Below are positions 1 through 9,285 of a stretch of 31,125 nucleotides of DNA, piece by piece; the first letter of the stretch is position 1; every line of letters begins with the position of its first letter. The translations under genes and the position numbers were made by a program. Under the pieces are notes generated by a model. That model was not told where the DNA came from and searched no databases. It saw only the letters and a list, made by a program, of their open reading frames with translations. The stretch comes from a virus (Duplodnaviria > Caudoviricetes), in the IMG/VR virus record IMGVR_UViG_3300032221_000192, positions 1 to 31,125 of that record. One strand, written 5' to 3'.

Positions 1-2
1 GT

Positions 3-2171
3 TTTCCTCTTAGTACTGTTGAGGGTATAATTGTAATATCTAATGGAGTTGTTCTAACAAATATAGAGGATTCTTCCTTAGCTGATAATGATCCAGGACA
101 GTATATTGTAAACTTTAAAGAAAATACAATTACTATGAATAATGCACCTGGGGATAATCACAAGGTAGCAATTATTAGTATTGATACTGCTGGATATGAT
201 ATAACAGAAAAGGTTCTTTTTACCGGCGACGGGTTAACTACTGAATATCTAACTTCTTCTAGGTGGAATGATGGTGATTTCAGTGCTTTTGTAACTATTA
301 ATGGAGTTAGTGTAGAATTCTTTGTAAAAGAAAGTGACGATGATTATGCAGTAGGCGGCAACGTTATAATTCAATTTGAATCACCTCCGTTTGAAGGAGA
401 TATCATTCAGATTATAATGTTTAGAGGAACTATACAAAAATGGAGTGAAATTAATACTCAGTATATTCCTATCGAGGTTGGAAAGTATGAATATTCTTTA
501 AGTCCTAAGCCTGCTAATTTAGGTCCTTTAAGTGCTACAGCTTTTGTTATTATTGACAATGAATTTTTACAGGCACCCGATTATGAATTCTTTACATATA
601 CAGGACAACCATTAGAAATATTAGATAGAAGATATGGTCTTTATGAGATCCGTCCTCAGGATATTAATGTCTTTAAAAATGGAATTCAATTAGTTCCTAT
701 AGTTGATTATGTATTAGATAATAGTGTTAATAAAGTAACTTTGTCCTCAGACGTAGCAGTTATTGGAGATCAAATTACTATAGAAATTTTCAAATACGCT
801 GACTTTAGAGTGGATGTAAAGAGTTTTGACGGGTCATCTAATGTAGAGCTATCTGTTGTATTAAATAGTGCAAAATACATATTAATCAATCAAAAAGTAA
901 TGAGAGTAATTACATTTACTAATCATGATATTATAAAAATAAAAACATCTAATGAAGGATTTAGATTTAATACTGGTTATGATGTTTTACAATATGATAT
1001 TGTTCAGTATGATATTCTAAGTACTGCTATTAATACAAGTGGTATATTTGATCTTCCAAGAACTGTAGGTAGTAATAGTGGAGTCTTTGTAGCGTTAAGC
1101 AGAAAATTACTTACACCGAATGTTGATTATGTTGTTCTAGACAATAAAAAACAAATAAAAGTTTTATTGCCAGAGATTTTAAAAGGTAATGATTACTTAC
1201 AGATTGTTACTTTTGATGACAAAACAGTTCAACCTAGTTATGGATTTAAATTATTTAAAGACATGACTAACAGATATTCTTTTAAGAGACTTGACTCTAG
1301 TTCAACTACTACTTTAGTAGAGCCTTTAACTTATCTTGATACAAGAATAATAGTAGAAGACGGTTCTATATTGTCAATTCCAAATAGAAATCTAAATGCT
1401 CCTGGAGTTATTGAGATTGATGGAGAAAGAATAGAGTACCTTGTAATTCAGGAAGATGTAAACACTGGTAATTGGATTTTAAGACAATTAAGAAGAGGAA
1501 CATTAGGAACAGGTATTAAAAATTTCTATGATATAGGAACTGAAGTAAATGATATAGGTCCTTCGCAGACTTTACCTTATACAGAGATAGAAATAAAGAA
1601 AACTTTCTACGGGGATGAAACAACTAGAATATTTGAAGTTGATTATATTCCTACCTTGACTACAGTAAGTCCTAATAAAATTACAGTAGGAAAGTCTTAT
1701 AGAATAATTTCAGTAGGAACTACTGATTTTACTAGAATGGGAGCAAGCTCTAATACAGTTGGTAATATCTTCACAGCTACACGAACTGGAACAGGTACAG
1801 GCATATTAGCAGTAAGTTATTTTGGAAACTTTGGACACTGTGACGATATAGAAGTGTTTGTTGCAGGACGCAGATTAATCAAAAATCCATACTCACGCTT
1901 TAATGAATCTAAAGCACAGGATAGTTTTAATGGAGCAGGAGATGAATTAATAGAAGCAGAATTTAGTGTAGATGGTGTAAATTATGGAACTTCAAGTGCT
2001 CCTGTAGGAAGGGTTAGAATCACTAATTCTCCCGGAGCCGGCGAATTGGTGGTAATTGTTCGTAAAACTGGTAGATTATGGCAGAAAATAGACGAAGATA
2101 ATTCACTAGTCTTTAGTAATACTGAAATAGCAGGTTTCTTAAGAGCAAGGCAGGTATTTTTGCCTAAATAA
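3..2171 (+). CDS. Large virion structural protein (baseplate wedge/tail-associated), C-terminal part; 5'-truncated by the window edge
   Basis: The frame is open from base 3 (FPLSTVEGIIVISNGVVL...) to the ATG at 135, so the gene starts upstream of the window. It has repeated beta-rich modules (INVFKNGIQLVPIVDYVL, VFVALSRKLLTPNVDYVV, IEVFVAGRRL) and a 'GVIEIDGERIEY...LRRGTLGT' module typical of large-phage structural proteins. It precedes the tail genes. Confidence 0.7.
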   Translation, partial: FPLSTVEGIIVISNGVVLTNIEDSSLADNDPGQYIVNFKENTITMNNAPGDNHKVAIISIDTAGYDITEKVLFTGDGLTTEYLTSSRWNDGDFSAFVTINGVSVEFFVKESDDDYAVGGNVIIQFESPPFEGDIIQIIMFRGTIQKWSEINTQYIPIEVGKYEYSLSPKPANLGPLSATAFVIIDNEFLQAPDYEFFTYTGQPLEILDRRYGLYEIRPQDINVFKNGIQLVPIVDYVLDNSVNKVTLSSDVAVIGDQITIEIFKYADFRVDVKSFDGSSNVELSVVLNSAKYILINQKVMRVITFTNHDIIKIKTSNEGFRFNTGYDVLQYDIVQYDILSTAINTSGIFDLPRTVGSNSGVFVALSRKLLTPNVDYVVLDNKKQIKVLLPEILKGNDYLQIVTFDDKTVQPSYGFKLFKDMTNRYSFKRLDSSSTTTLVEPLTYLDTRIIVEDGSILSIPNRNLNAPGVIEIDGERIEYLVIQEDVNTGNWILRQLRRGTLGTGIKNFYDIGTEVNDIGPSQTLPYTEIEIKKTFYGDETTRIFEVDYIPTLTTVSPNKITVGKSYRIISVGTTDFTRMGASSNTVGNIFTATRTGTGTGILAVSYFGNFGHCDDIEVFVAGRRLIKNPYSRFNESKAQDSFNGAGDELIEAEFSVDGVNYGTSSAPVGRVRITNSPGAGELVVIVRKTGRLWQKIDEDNSLVFSNTEIAGFLRARQVFLPK

Positions 2172-2174
2172 ATA
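2168..2174 (+). promoter_or_regulatory. Putative late-promoter motif ATAAATA
   Basis: CTAAATAAATAAAG overlaps the upstream stop codon, 13 nt before the ATG at 2188. It resembles the T4-type late promoter TATAAATA, but AT-rich DNA makes chance matches likely. Confidence 0.35.
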
Positions 2175-2187
2175 AAGAGAGTTAACT

Positions 2188-2862
2188 ATGAACGAAAACA
2201 CTAAAAAAGTCAAGAAAACAAAAGTACAGGACAGCAAAATGACCACAAAGCCAGATGAAAAAGGGCCCTTTCATATAGAAGGACACATTAAGATTTTTGA
2301 CCCAGAAACAGGTGAAGTTTTTATCAATAAAAGAAACGCTATCCACTATGAAAACATGAGTATAGCACTTGCAGAAAGCCTATCAAATTCTGGACAGGGT
2401 TATATATATGAAATGTCATTTGGCAATGGTGGCACAAACGTAGATCCAACTGGAGTTATAACTTATCTTACTCCTAATACTGTAGGAACAAATAGTGCTT
2501 TATATAACCAGACATATACTAAAGTTGTTGACGATAGAAGTGTTGCAAATACAGATCCTATTAGAAATAAAATAGAGACTAGACATATGACCGGCACAAG
2601 TTATACAGATATTGTAGTTTCATGTCTCTTAGATTATGGTGAACCAGCAGGACAAGAAGCATTTGATAATGTTGCTGACATCAATAGTGCATATGTTTTT
2701 GATGAATTAGGTTTAAAAGGCTATGATCCAGATAATGTTCCTAGCCTTACTGGAAAACTTCTCACTCATGTTATTTTCCATCCAGTTCAAAAAAGTTTGA
2801 ACAGATTAGTTCAAATTGATTATACAGTGAGAATACAAAGTCTATCGGGGTTTAACGGATAA
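2188..2862 (+). CDS. Virion structural protein (baseplate/tail-fibre attachment-like)
   Basis: 224 aa with motifs HIKIFDPETGEV, FDELGL and LLTHVIFHPVQKSLNR. It is coupled (TAATG) to the first tail-fibre gene. An internal Met (MTTKPDEK) is an alternative start. Confidence 0.6.
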   Translation: MNENTKKVKKTKVQDSKMTTKPDEKGPFHIEGHIKIFDPETGEVFINKRNAIHYENMSIALAESLSNSGQGYIYEMSFGNGGTNVDPTGVITYLTPNTVGTNSALYNQTYTKVVDDRSVANTDPIRNKIETRHMTGTSYTDIVVSCLLDYGEPAGQEAFDNVADINSAYVFDELGLKGYDPDNVPSLTGKLLTHVIFHPVQKSLNRLVQIDYTVRIQSLSGFNG

Positions 2863-4970
2863 TGGCATATACAGTCAAATATACTGATTTTACAAATAAG
2901 GGTGCTATTACTGTTAATGATAGCACAGTTAATACTGAAACAAGTATTGCTTTACCAGGACGAAACCAGCGTGGTTATGGAATAGCGGTTGCAGAGAATT
3001 TTTTGCATATCTTAGAAAATTTTGCAAATAATACTCCACCGGAAAATCCAGTAGAAGGTCAAGTTTGGTATGATACTACTCTGGGAGTAGAAGACCTAAA
3101 AATATTCGATGGTGCAACGTGGAAATTAGCAGGATCAATTAGAAAAAGTGCTGACACGCCAACTGTTGGAGTTTTAGGTGATCTATGGGTAGATACAGAT
3201 AATCAACAGTTATATTTGTTTAATGGAGCATCTTGGGTTCTAGTTGGACCAACCTTTAGTAGTGGATTGCGTACAGGTGTAGTTGCAGAAAAAGTATTCG
3301 ATTCTGATGACATAGAACGTGTAATTCTTTCAACTTATATCGACGATGAGATTGTTTCAATTTATAGCGTTTATGCATTTATTCCTAAAGTTGCTATTCA
3401 GGGATTTAGCAGAATTAGATCCGGAATAAACATAAGCACTAAGGATTTTGATAATAATCTAGTTGTAGATACAAAGTATTGGGGAATTGCTGAAAAAGCA
3501 GAAAATTTAATTGTGTCGGGCCAGGTAATTCCTGCTTCTACTTTTCTTAGATCTGATGTATCAAATATCACAAACGCTGGCTTTACAGTAAGAAATGATG
3601 TTGGAATTGCAACAGGTAGAGAATCTCAATTAAGACTATCGGTTGATTCTAATACAATAGGAAATATATCTCATGTTAGTCCTAATTCAGGTTTTGAAAT
3701 ACGTATCAATTATCAAGGTAATGTAACAACTACTCTTATCCATGCAGATTCTAATGGTAACGTAGGTATAGGTGTTAATAATTTAGCACCAGAGGAAACT
3801 TTAGATGTTCTAGGTACTTCTAGATTTAGTGATGTTGTTAAAATAAACAGTGTAGAAAATACAACAAATGATGTTACAGGTGCTTTACAAGTTGTTGGTG
3901 GAGTAAATATACAGAAAGACCTTATTGTAAGAGGTAATGCTAATTTTACAGGTCATATAACAGTAGGAGAATTAGAGACTGGAGGTCTAAATGTTGCTAT
4001 TTTACCCCAGACTAATAATTTATTTAAAATAGGTACAACTTCTAATAAATTTGCCGAAGTACATTCAACTACGTTTTATGGCAATCTTGTTGGAAATATA
4101 GTAGGAAATATTACAGGTAATGTTGTAGGTACAGCTACAAATCTTTTAGCAGGTACTACTTTCCAATTAACAGGCGATGTTACTGCACCTTCCTTTACAT
4201 TTGACGGAGCTACAGGTGGATTAATAAAGACTTTCAATACAAGTATAAATCCTAATTTTATTGATTCTAAACCTGTTATAGAAGTTCCAAATGGAGCAGA
4301 TACTTTATTGCTTTATAGACCAGGGACTGGTTTAGTAAAAATGTTAAGGAATAAGTTTTTTACTCAAGTTGCATTAATTCCTGTAGGAACAATATTACCT
4401 TTTGCAGGAACAACTATACCTGACGGTTATTTGCTGTGTGACGGAAGTGAGAAGAGAAGAGACAATTTTCCAGATCTTTTTGGTATTATAGGATTTACGT
4501 ACGGAGATCAATCATTTTTATTAGGTAATGAAACATTTAGATTACCAGATTTGAGAGGTAAATTTCCAATTGGTCGTAGCAGTATGGATAATGGAGATCA
4601 GGTTCCTTCTACTACAGGAAATATTGATAGTAACACACAAGCAATGACTGGTACAACACAGTCAGTAGCAAGTACCTTAGGTAATTCAGGTGGTGCTCAA
4701 AATGTTACTTTAACTGTTCCTAATGTTCCTAATCACCAGCATAGTCTTAAAGGTGACAATAATACTGAATTTTATGCAATAAACAATGATACAGGTATTC
4801 CTAACGATACAGGGTCATTTGTTGGAAACGGGCCTGATGCAGCAAGTCAAGGTCAATATATTGGCAATACTGGTAATATGTTAGGATATACTACTCCTAC
4901 AACACCAGTAACAGTTATGAATCCGTTTTTAACTATCAATTATATTATATTTACAGGAAAGTTTACATAA
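2862..4970 (+). CDS. Tail fibre protein with phage tail-collar domain
   Basis: The C-terminal IPVGTILPFAGTTIPDGYLLCDG...FPDLFGIIGFTYG...FRLPDLRGKFPIG and PFLTINYII match the tail-collar/short-fibre tip. It has GNxx fibre repeats and an N-terminal module shared with the next two ORFs. Confidence 0.85.
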   Translation: MAYTVKYTDFTNKGAITVNDSTVNTETSIALPGRNQRGYGIAVAENFLHILENFANNTPPENPVEGQVWYDTTLGVEDLKIFDGATWKLAGSIRKSADTPTVGVLGDLWVDTDNQQLYLFNGASWVLVGPTFSSGLRTGVVAEKVFDSDDIERVILSTYIDDEIVSIYSVYAFIPKVAIQGFSRIRSGINISTKDFDNNLVVDTKYWGIAEKAENLIVSGQVIPASTFLRSDVSNITNAGFTVRNDVGIATGRESQLRLSVDSNTIGNISHVSPNSGFEIRINYQGNVTTTLIHADSNGNVGIGVNNLAPEETLDVLGTSRFSDVVKINSVENTTNDVTGALQVVGGVNIQKDLIVRGNANFTGHITVGELETGGLNVAILPQTNNLFKIGTTSNKFAEVHSTTFYGNLVGNIVGNITGNVVGTATNLLAGTTFQLTGDVTAPSFTFDGATGGLIKTFNTSINPNFIDSKPVIEVPNGADTLLLYRPGTGLVKMLRNKFFTQVALIPVGTILPFAGTTIPDGYLLCDGSEKRRDNFPDLFGIIGFTYGDQSFLLGNETFRLPDLRGKFPIGRSSMDNGDQVPSTTGNIDSNTQAMTGTTQSVASTLGNSGGAQNVTLTVPNVPNHQHSLKGDNNTEFYAINNDTGIPNDTGSFVGNGPDAASQGQYIGNTGNMLGYTTPTTPVTVMNPFLTINYIIFTGKFT

Positions 4971-6628
4971 TGGTCTACGTTATTAATAAATCAGATGGAA
5001 CCGAATTTATTCAATTAATTGATGGCACAGTTAATAATGTTACAGATTTGGCTCTAATAGGTAAAAATTATACCGGATATGGAGAACAGCTAAACGAAAA
5101 TTTTGTAAAATTATTAGAAAATTTTGCTGGTATAAATGCTCCTCCCAGAGCTATAGTTGGACAGTTGTGGTATGATACAACTGAAGGACGTATGAAAGTT
5201 TATACTTTAACAGGTTGGAAAGCAGCAGGAGGACCTGTAGTAAGTGAAGTACAACCGATAAATTTTAACACAGGTGATTTATGGATTGATAATAACGAAA
5301 ATCAATTATACTTTTTTGATGGATCAGATTTATTATTAGCAGGTCCTATTTGGAAAAGAACACAAGGTAAAACTGGATTTGTTGCTGAAACATTATTTGA
5401 TGCCAATCAAAATGCAAAACCTGTACTTTATCAATATGTTGCTAACTCTCTTATAGGCATCTGGTCTGCAGAAGAATTTATTCCGTTTCCAACAATTGAT
5501 GGATTTACTACAATTAGAAAAGGGTATACAGCAAATAGTTTAGTAGTTACTAAGTTTTATACAACAGTTACTAATTCTGATGCATTAAATAATTTGTCGT
5601 CCAATCAATTTATGAGAAGAGATGCTGTTGGATACAATTCTGAAAAAATCTTTATACAAAGTAATCAAGGTTTAACTATTGGTTCGAATCAATCAGCTAA
5701 TTTAAAAATTGACGGCAATACACTTGTGTTAGAAAATGTTATATCTGGAGCAGATATATCCTTAAAAAATACAAATAACACTGGAACTTATGATGCTGTT
5801 TATATAGATTCTAGTTTGAACAGGGTAGGAATTTATACTCCTTCACCGCAACATACATTAGATGTTAACGGAACAGTTTTTGTAAGAGGTGATCTTTTTG
5901 TAGAAGGTGATACAGTAAATATGGCTGTAACAAATCTTACTATAGAAGATCTTAATATCGAATTAGCTAGAACGAGTGATTCTTCGAATGCGCCTAACGC
6001 TGCTGTAAATGGAGCAGGAATTATAATTAGAGCTGCTACAGATAAATCTATATTATATAACAGCGTAACACAATCTTTTGATATTACTGAAAATATTAAT
6101 ATAGCTAATGGAAAAACATTTAGAATAAATGGAGTTCAGGTTTTAAGTGGATCTGCATTAAGTTCTGCAATTACAAGTGCTCCTGGAATTACAACTATTG
6201 GTACTCAAACTGAATTAACAGTAGACGATTTATATTTTAATAATAACAAAATTACTAATCTTATAGCTAATCAAGATATAGAAATTGAGGCCCTTGGAAC
6301 AGGAAATATAGCCTTAATAGGTAGTCCTAAAATCACTGGTTTAGCTGATCCTACTTTAGCTCAGGACGCATCGACAAAGATTTATACTGATACTATTGCT
6401 AAAATACAGCCAGTTTCGTTAGCATTAGTTATAAATGGAACAGAACCTTCTATTAACACTGAAATTATTAACATTTTAAACACCGTGGCTCCACCAGTAC
6501 AATTTGTTAATAATAAGTTAGCCTATATCCATTTGCAGTCATTAGATAACAGCGTTACTCCAATAACAATTACACGTTCGTTAAAAACATTCATTATAAG
6601 TGGCGGAGCTTGGGTATTCCTCAGCTAA
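4970..6628 (+). CDS. Tail fibre/baseplate protein, paralogue of 2862..4970
   Basis: Same N-terminal LIGKNYTGYGEQLNENFVKLLENFA...GQLWYD...GDLWID module. It also has the fibre motifs RVGIYTPSPQHTLDVNG and KITGLADPTLAQDASTKIYTD. Coupled by TAATG. Confidence 0.8.
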   Translation: MVYVINKSDGTEFIQLIDGTVNNVTDLALIGKNYTGYGEQLNENFVKLLENFAGINAPPRAIVGQLWYDTTEGRMKVYTLTGWKAAGGPVVSEVQPINFNTGDLWIDNNENQLYFFDGSDLLLAGPIWKRTQGKTGFVAETLFDANQNAKPVLYQYVANSLIGIWSAEEFIPFPTIDGFTTIRKGYTANSLVVTKFYTTVTNSDALNNLSSNQFMRRDAVGYNSEKIFIQSNQGLTIGSNQSANLKIDGNTLVLENVISGADISLKNTNNTGTYDAVYIDSSLNRVGIYTPSPQHTLDVNGTVFVRGDLFVEGDTVNMAVTNLTIEDLNIELARTSDSSNAPNAAVNGAGIIIRAATDKSILYNSVTQSFDITENINIANGKTFRINGVQVLSGSALSSAITSAPGITTIGTQTELTVDDLYFNNNKITNLIANQDIEIEALGTGNIALIGSPKITGLADPTLAQDASTKIYTDTIAKIQPVSLALVINGTEPSINTEIINILNTVAPPVQFVNNKLAYIHLQSLDNSVTPITITRSLKTFIISGGAWVFLS

Positions 6629-6644
6629 AAAACGGAGTATTATC

Positions 6645-6682
6645 TGATAAATACTTGCAACGCACCATGAGAGTTCAGGAGC
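6645..6682 (+). promoter_or_regulatory. Putative late promoter TGATAAATA plus RBS TTCAGGAGC
   Basis: TGATAAATA at 6645-6653 lies in a 60-bp intergenic gap, within the quasi-palindrome AGTATTATC-T-GATAAATACT (6636-6655). AGGAG is at 6677-6681, before ATG 6689. The same architecture occurs at 27319-27355 on the - strand. Confidence 0.6.
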
Positions 6683-6688
6683 CCTAGA

Positions 6689-8221
6689 ATGCCATATCAA
6701 ATAGACCGATATAACGGAACCCCGCTAGTAACTGTAGATGACGGTACAATTAGTAATGAAAAAACTACCCTTAAATTAGTGGGTAAAAACTACGCTGGTT
6801 ACGGTGAAATACAGAACGAAAATTTTGTATTTTTAACAGAAAATTTTGCTAATGCTGCTCCTCCGGCTAATCAGCTAAGTGGTCAGATATGGTTTGACAA
6901 CTTTAATCGAAAGTTAAAGTTTTGGGACGGAAATCAATGGCGTACTACAGGCGGTGCTGAAATTGGACCTACACCGCCGACTGGACTTACAACAGGTGAT
7001 TTTTGGTGGAATACATCAACTAGACAGCTTTTTCAATACGATGGAATTAATGAATTTGTTCTAATTGGTCCTCAAGCCGTTCCGGGCGCAGGTGAAACTT
7101 TATGGGAAAGTGTTAGCGTAGTTGATATTGAGGGAAATAGACATGCAATTATGAAAGGACTAGTTGATGGTCTTTGCATAGTTATTGTTAGTAAGGACAC
7201 ATTTGTTCTTGACAGCGTTATTAACCCTATTACAGGATTTTCTTATATTAGATCTGGACAAACTCTTATTGATACTAATACAAGTGGTGTTACAACTACA
7301 AATTATAGATGGTGGGGAACAGCATCAGATTCGGGCAGACTTGGTGGATTTTTAGCAGAAGCTTATGTCTTTAGACAGAATGCAGAATTTACCGGTGTTG
7401 CAAGTTTTGATGATCAAGGGTTTACTGTTGGTAATGACGGTGATATTTCATTATACATAAAAGACGGTGTTACACCAACATTTGAAAATTTTATATCAAA
7501 TAGAATAAGTTTTAAAATTAAAGACGGGCTCGACACAAAAGAGACTATGCAGATCCTCGGAGGAACAGTTTCACCGGGTCTTGATATTACATATGACCTA
7601 GGTGCTCCTGCATTAAGATGGCGCAGAGGTTACTTTAAATCATTATATGCTGACGATTTCTTTGGCGGAGTCTTTCATGGTACGTTAGATGGTATCTCTA
7701 ATAGAGCTGATTTGTTGCTTTATTCAGGAGACTATCGTTTTGCTACAGATTTAGGTACTCCATTAACTATCATGGCAAGAGATGGTAGCGGAAACTTTAC
7801 AGCAAACATAATGACTGGTACTGCTACACAAGCAAGATATGCTGACTTGGCAGAAAGATATGAAGCAGATGATATATATGAACCAGGAACTGTAGTTGTA
7901 TTTGGAGGTTCTAAAGAAATTACAGTAACAGATAATCCCGGTGATCATAGAGTAGCTGGTGTAATTTCAACTAATCCTGCGTACGAAATGAATGTTTCAC
8001 CTGAAACAGAAGAATTTTTACCTGTAGCCTTAAGAGGTAAAGTTCCTGTTAAGGTAGTGGGTAGAGTTAATAAAGGTGATGTTCTTATAACAAGTGGAGT
8101 ATTAGGACATGCTGTTTCTGCTGAAAACGGTAGGCAAGCTCCGGCAGCATCTATTGTAGGTAAGGCATTAGAAGATAAGGTAACAGACGAACCAGGCGTA
8201 ATAATGGCAGTCATAGTTTAA
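6689..8221 (+). CDS. Tail fibre/spike protein with C-terminal peptidase G2-type autocleaving intramolecular chaperone
   Basis: Shared N-terminal module (LVGKNYAGYGEIQNENFVFLTENFA). The C-terminus YADLAERYEADDIYEPGTVV...VAGVISTNPAY...VALRGKVPVKVVGRVNKGDVLITS resembles the phi29 gp12-type chaperone (D-x-A-E cleavage region). Confidence 0.75.
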   Translation: MPYQIDRYNGTPLVTVDDGTISNEKTTLKLVGKNYAGYGEIQNENFVFLTENFANAAPPANQLSGQIWFDNFNRKLKFWDGNQWRTTGGAEIGPTPPTGLTTGDFWWNTSTRQLFQYDGINEFVLIGPQAVPGAGETLWESVSVVDIEGNRHAIMKGLVDGLCIVIVSKDTFVLDSVINPITGFSYIRSGQTLIDTNTSGVTTTNYRWWGTASDSGRLGGFLAEAYVFRQNAEFTGVASFDDQGFTVGNDGDISLYIKDGVTPTFENFISNRISFKIKDGLDTKETMQILGGTVSPGLDITYDLGAPALRWRRGYFKSLYADDFFGGVFHGTLDGISNRADLLLYSGDYRFATDLGTPLTIMARDGSGNFTANIMTGTATQARYADLAERYEADDIYEPGTVVVFGGSKEITVTDNPGDHRVAGVISTNPAYEMNVSPETEEFLPVALRGKVPVKVVGRVNKGDVLITSGVLGHAVSAENGRQAPAASIVGKALEDKVTDEPGVIMAVIV

Positions 8222-8232
8222 GGAGATAAAAT

Positions 8233-9228
8233 ATGGCTACCCAAGGCGCACTTATAAGGGCAATAGATTACACAGAAGTACAAAAAGATGTTCGTAGAAT
8301 TCTTGGGGATATGATTCTTGATAACAAATATGTCAATGATCCTTTAAGAGCAACTTATGGATATGGAAATACTGTTAGTAGTACGGCTGTTGCTAGAGAA
8401 GAAATAGCAGACGATTTACAAATGGCAACATTAAAATCTGACGTAAGAAAAATTGCCATCCACTGTGGTGTAGAATTTAATCCAATTATTTCTAATTTAC
8501 CAAATATTGTAACTGGTACTCTAATCGAAAATGAACACCTTTCTGCCTATGAAGCAGCAGTTGTATTACTAAATTTAAATAGATTTAATTTAGGCGTAGG
8601 ACAATTTTCCGACGAAAATTTAAGTATTTCTAATACTAGAACAACTGCGTGGGGTATTACTAATGGTTCTTCACCGCTCGCTGGTGGAAATACTATAAGA
8701 CATTCATTTAGTTTAGATTTCGGTACCGCAGCAGCAGCTAGGTATTTTTTTAATGCGGGTGGACAGGTGAGATTAAGTGGATCAAGAACTGGTGGATCTG
8801 CTACAATAAACAATTCAATTTGGACAAATCTACTTAGTAGTATGGGCACAATCATTTTTAATCATAATTCTACATCTGCAACTGGATCAGGAACCGGAAG
8901 TAGTATAGGGTATTACCAACTTACAAATACTCCTCAGCAAGTTTTTACTAGAACCGGTGTTACTACAACAGGAGCATATGCTTCTAGATATGTTGCTAAC
9001 GATTATACAGTTTATGCAAGAACAGATTTTGCTAATAATTCTTTAGGTGTAGCTAATAGAGTATTTTTTGACATATACTTTAATGATGATCACGCGACAG
9101 TCATTTACTTAAATGATATTAATAATGGTTCGATAACCAGCAATGTTGCTATAAGAAGAGCAACGGGCAGTAATGTTAGTGTTTCGGCTCCTCTCGCAAT
9201 AAACAGTAGAGAACTTAAAGACAATTAA
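8233..9228 (+). CDS. Putative virion structural protein (paralogue of 9286..10131)
   Basis: Strong RBS AAGGAG. T/S/N/G-rich beta-type sequence with motifs RFNLGVGQFSDE, ARYFFNAGG and SSIGYYQLT. Confidence 0.55.
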   Translation: MATQGALIRAIDYTEVQKDVRRILGDMILDNKYVNDPLRATYGYGNTVSSTAVAREEIADDLQMATLKSDVRKIAIHCGVEFNPIISNLPNIVTGTLIENEHLSAYEAAVVLLNLNRFNLGVGQFSDENLSISNTRTTAWGITNGSSPLAGGNTIRHSFSLDFGTAAAARYFFNAGGQVRLSGSRTGGSATINNSIWTNLLSSMGTIIFNHNSTSATGSGTGSSIGYYQLTNTPQQVFTRTGVTTTGAYASRYVANDYTVYARTDFANNSLGVANRVFFDIYFNDDHATVIYLNDINNGSITSNVAIRRATGSNVSVSAPLAINSRELKDN

Positions 9229-9232
9229 AATA

Positions 9233-9261
9233 TTGACATTCTTATAATAATATGCTAAGTT
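9233..9261 (+). promoter_or_regulatory. sigma70-type promoter (-35 TTGACA, 17 bp, extended -10 TGcTAAGTT)
   Basis: TTGACA at 9233-9238, spacer 9239-9255, TAAGTT at 9256-9261 preceded by TG at 9253-9254. It lies in a 57-bp intergenic gap followed by AAGGA and ATG 9286. Confidence 0.55.
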
Positions 9262-9285
9262 GAGTATATTTTATAAGGATGTCTT

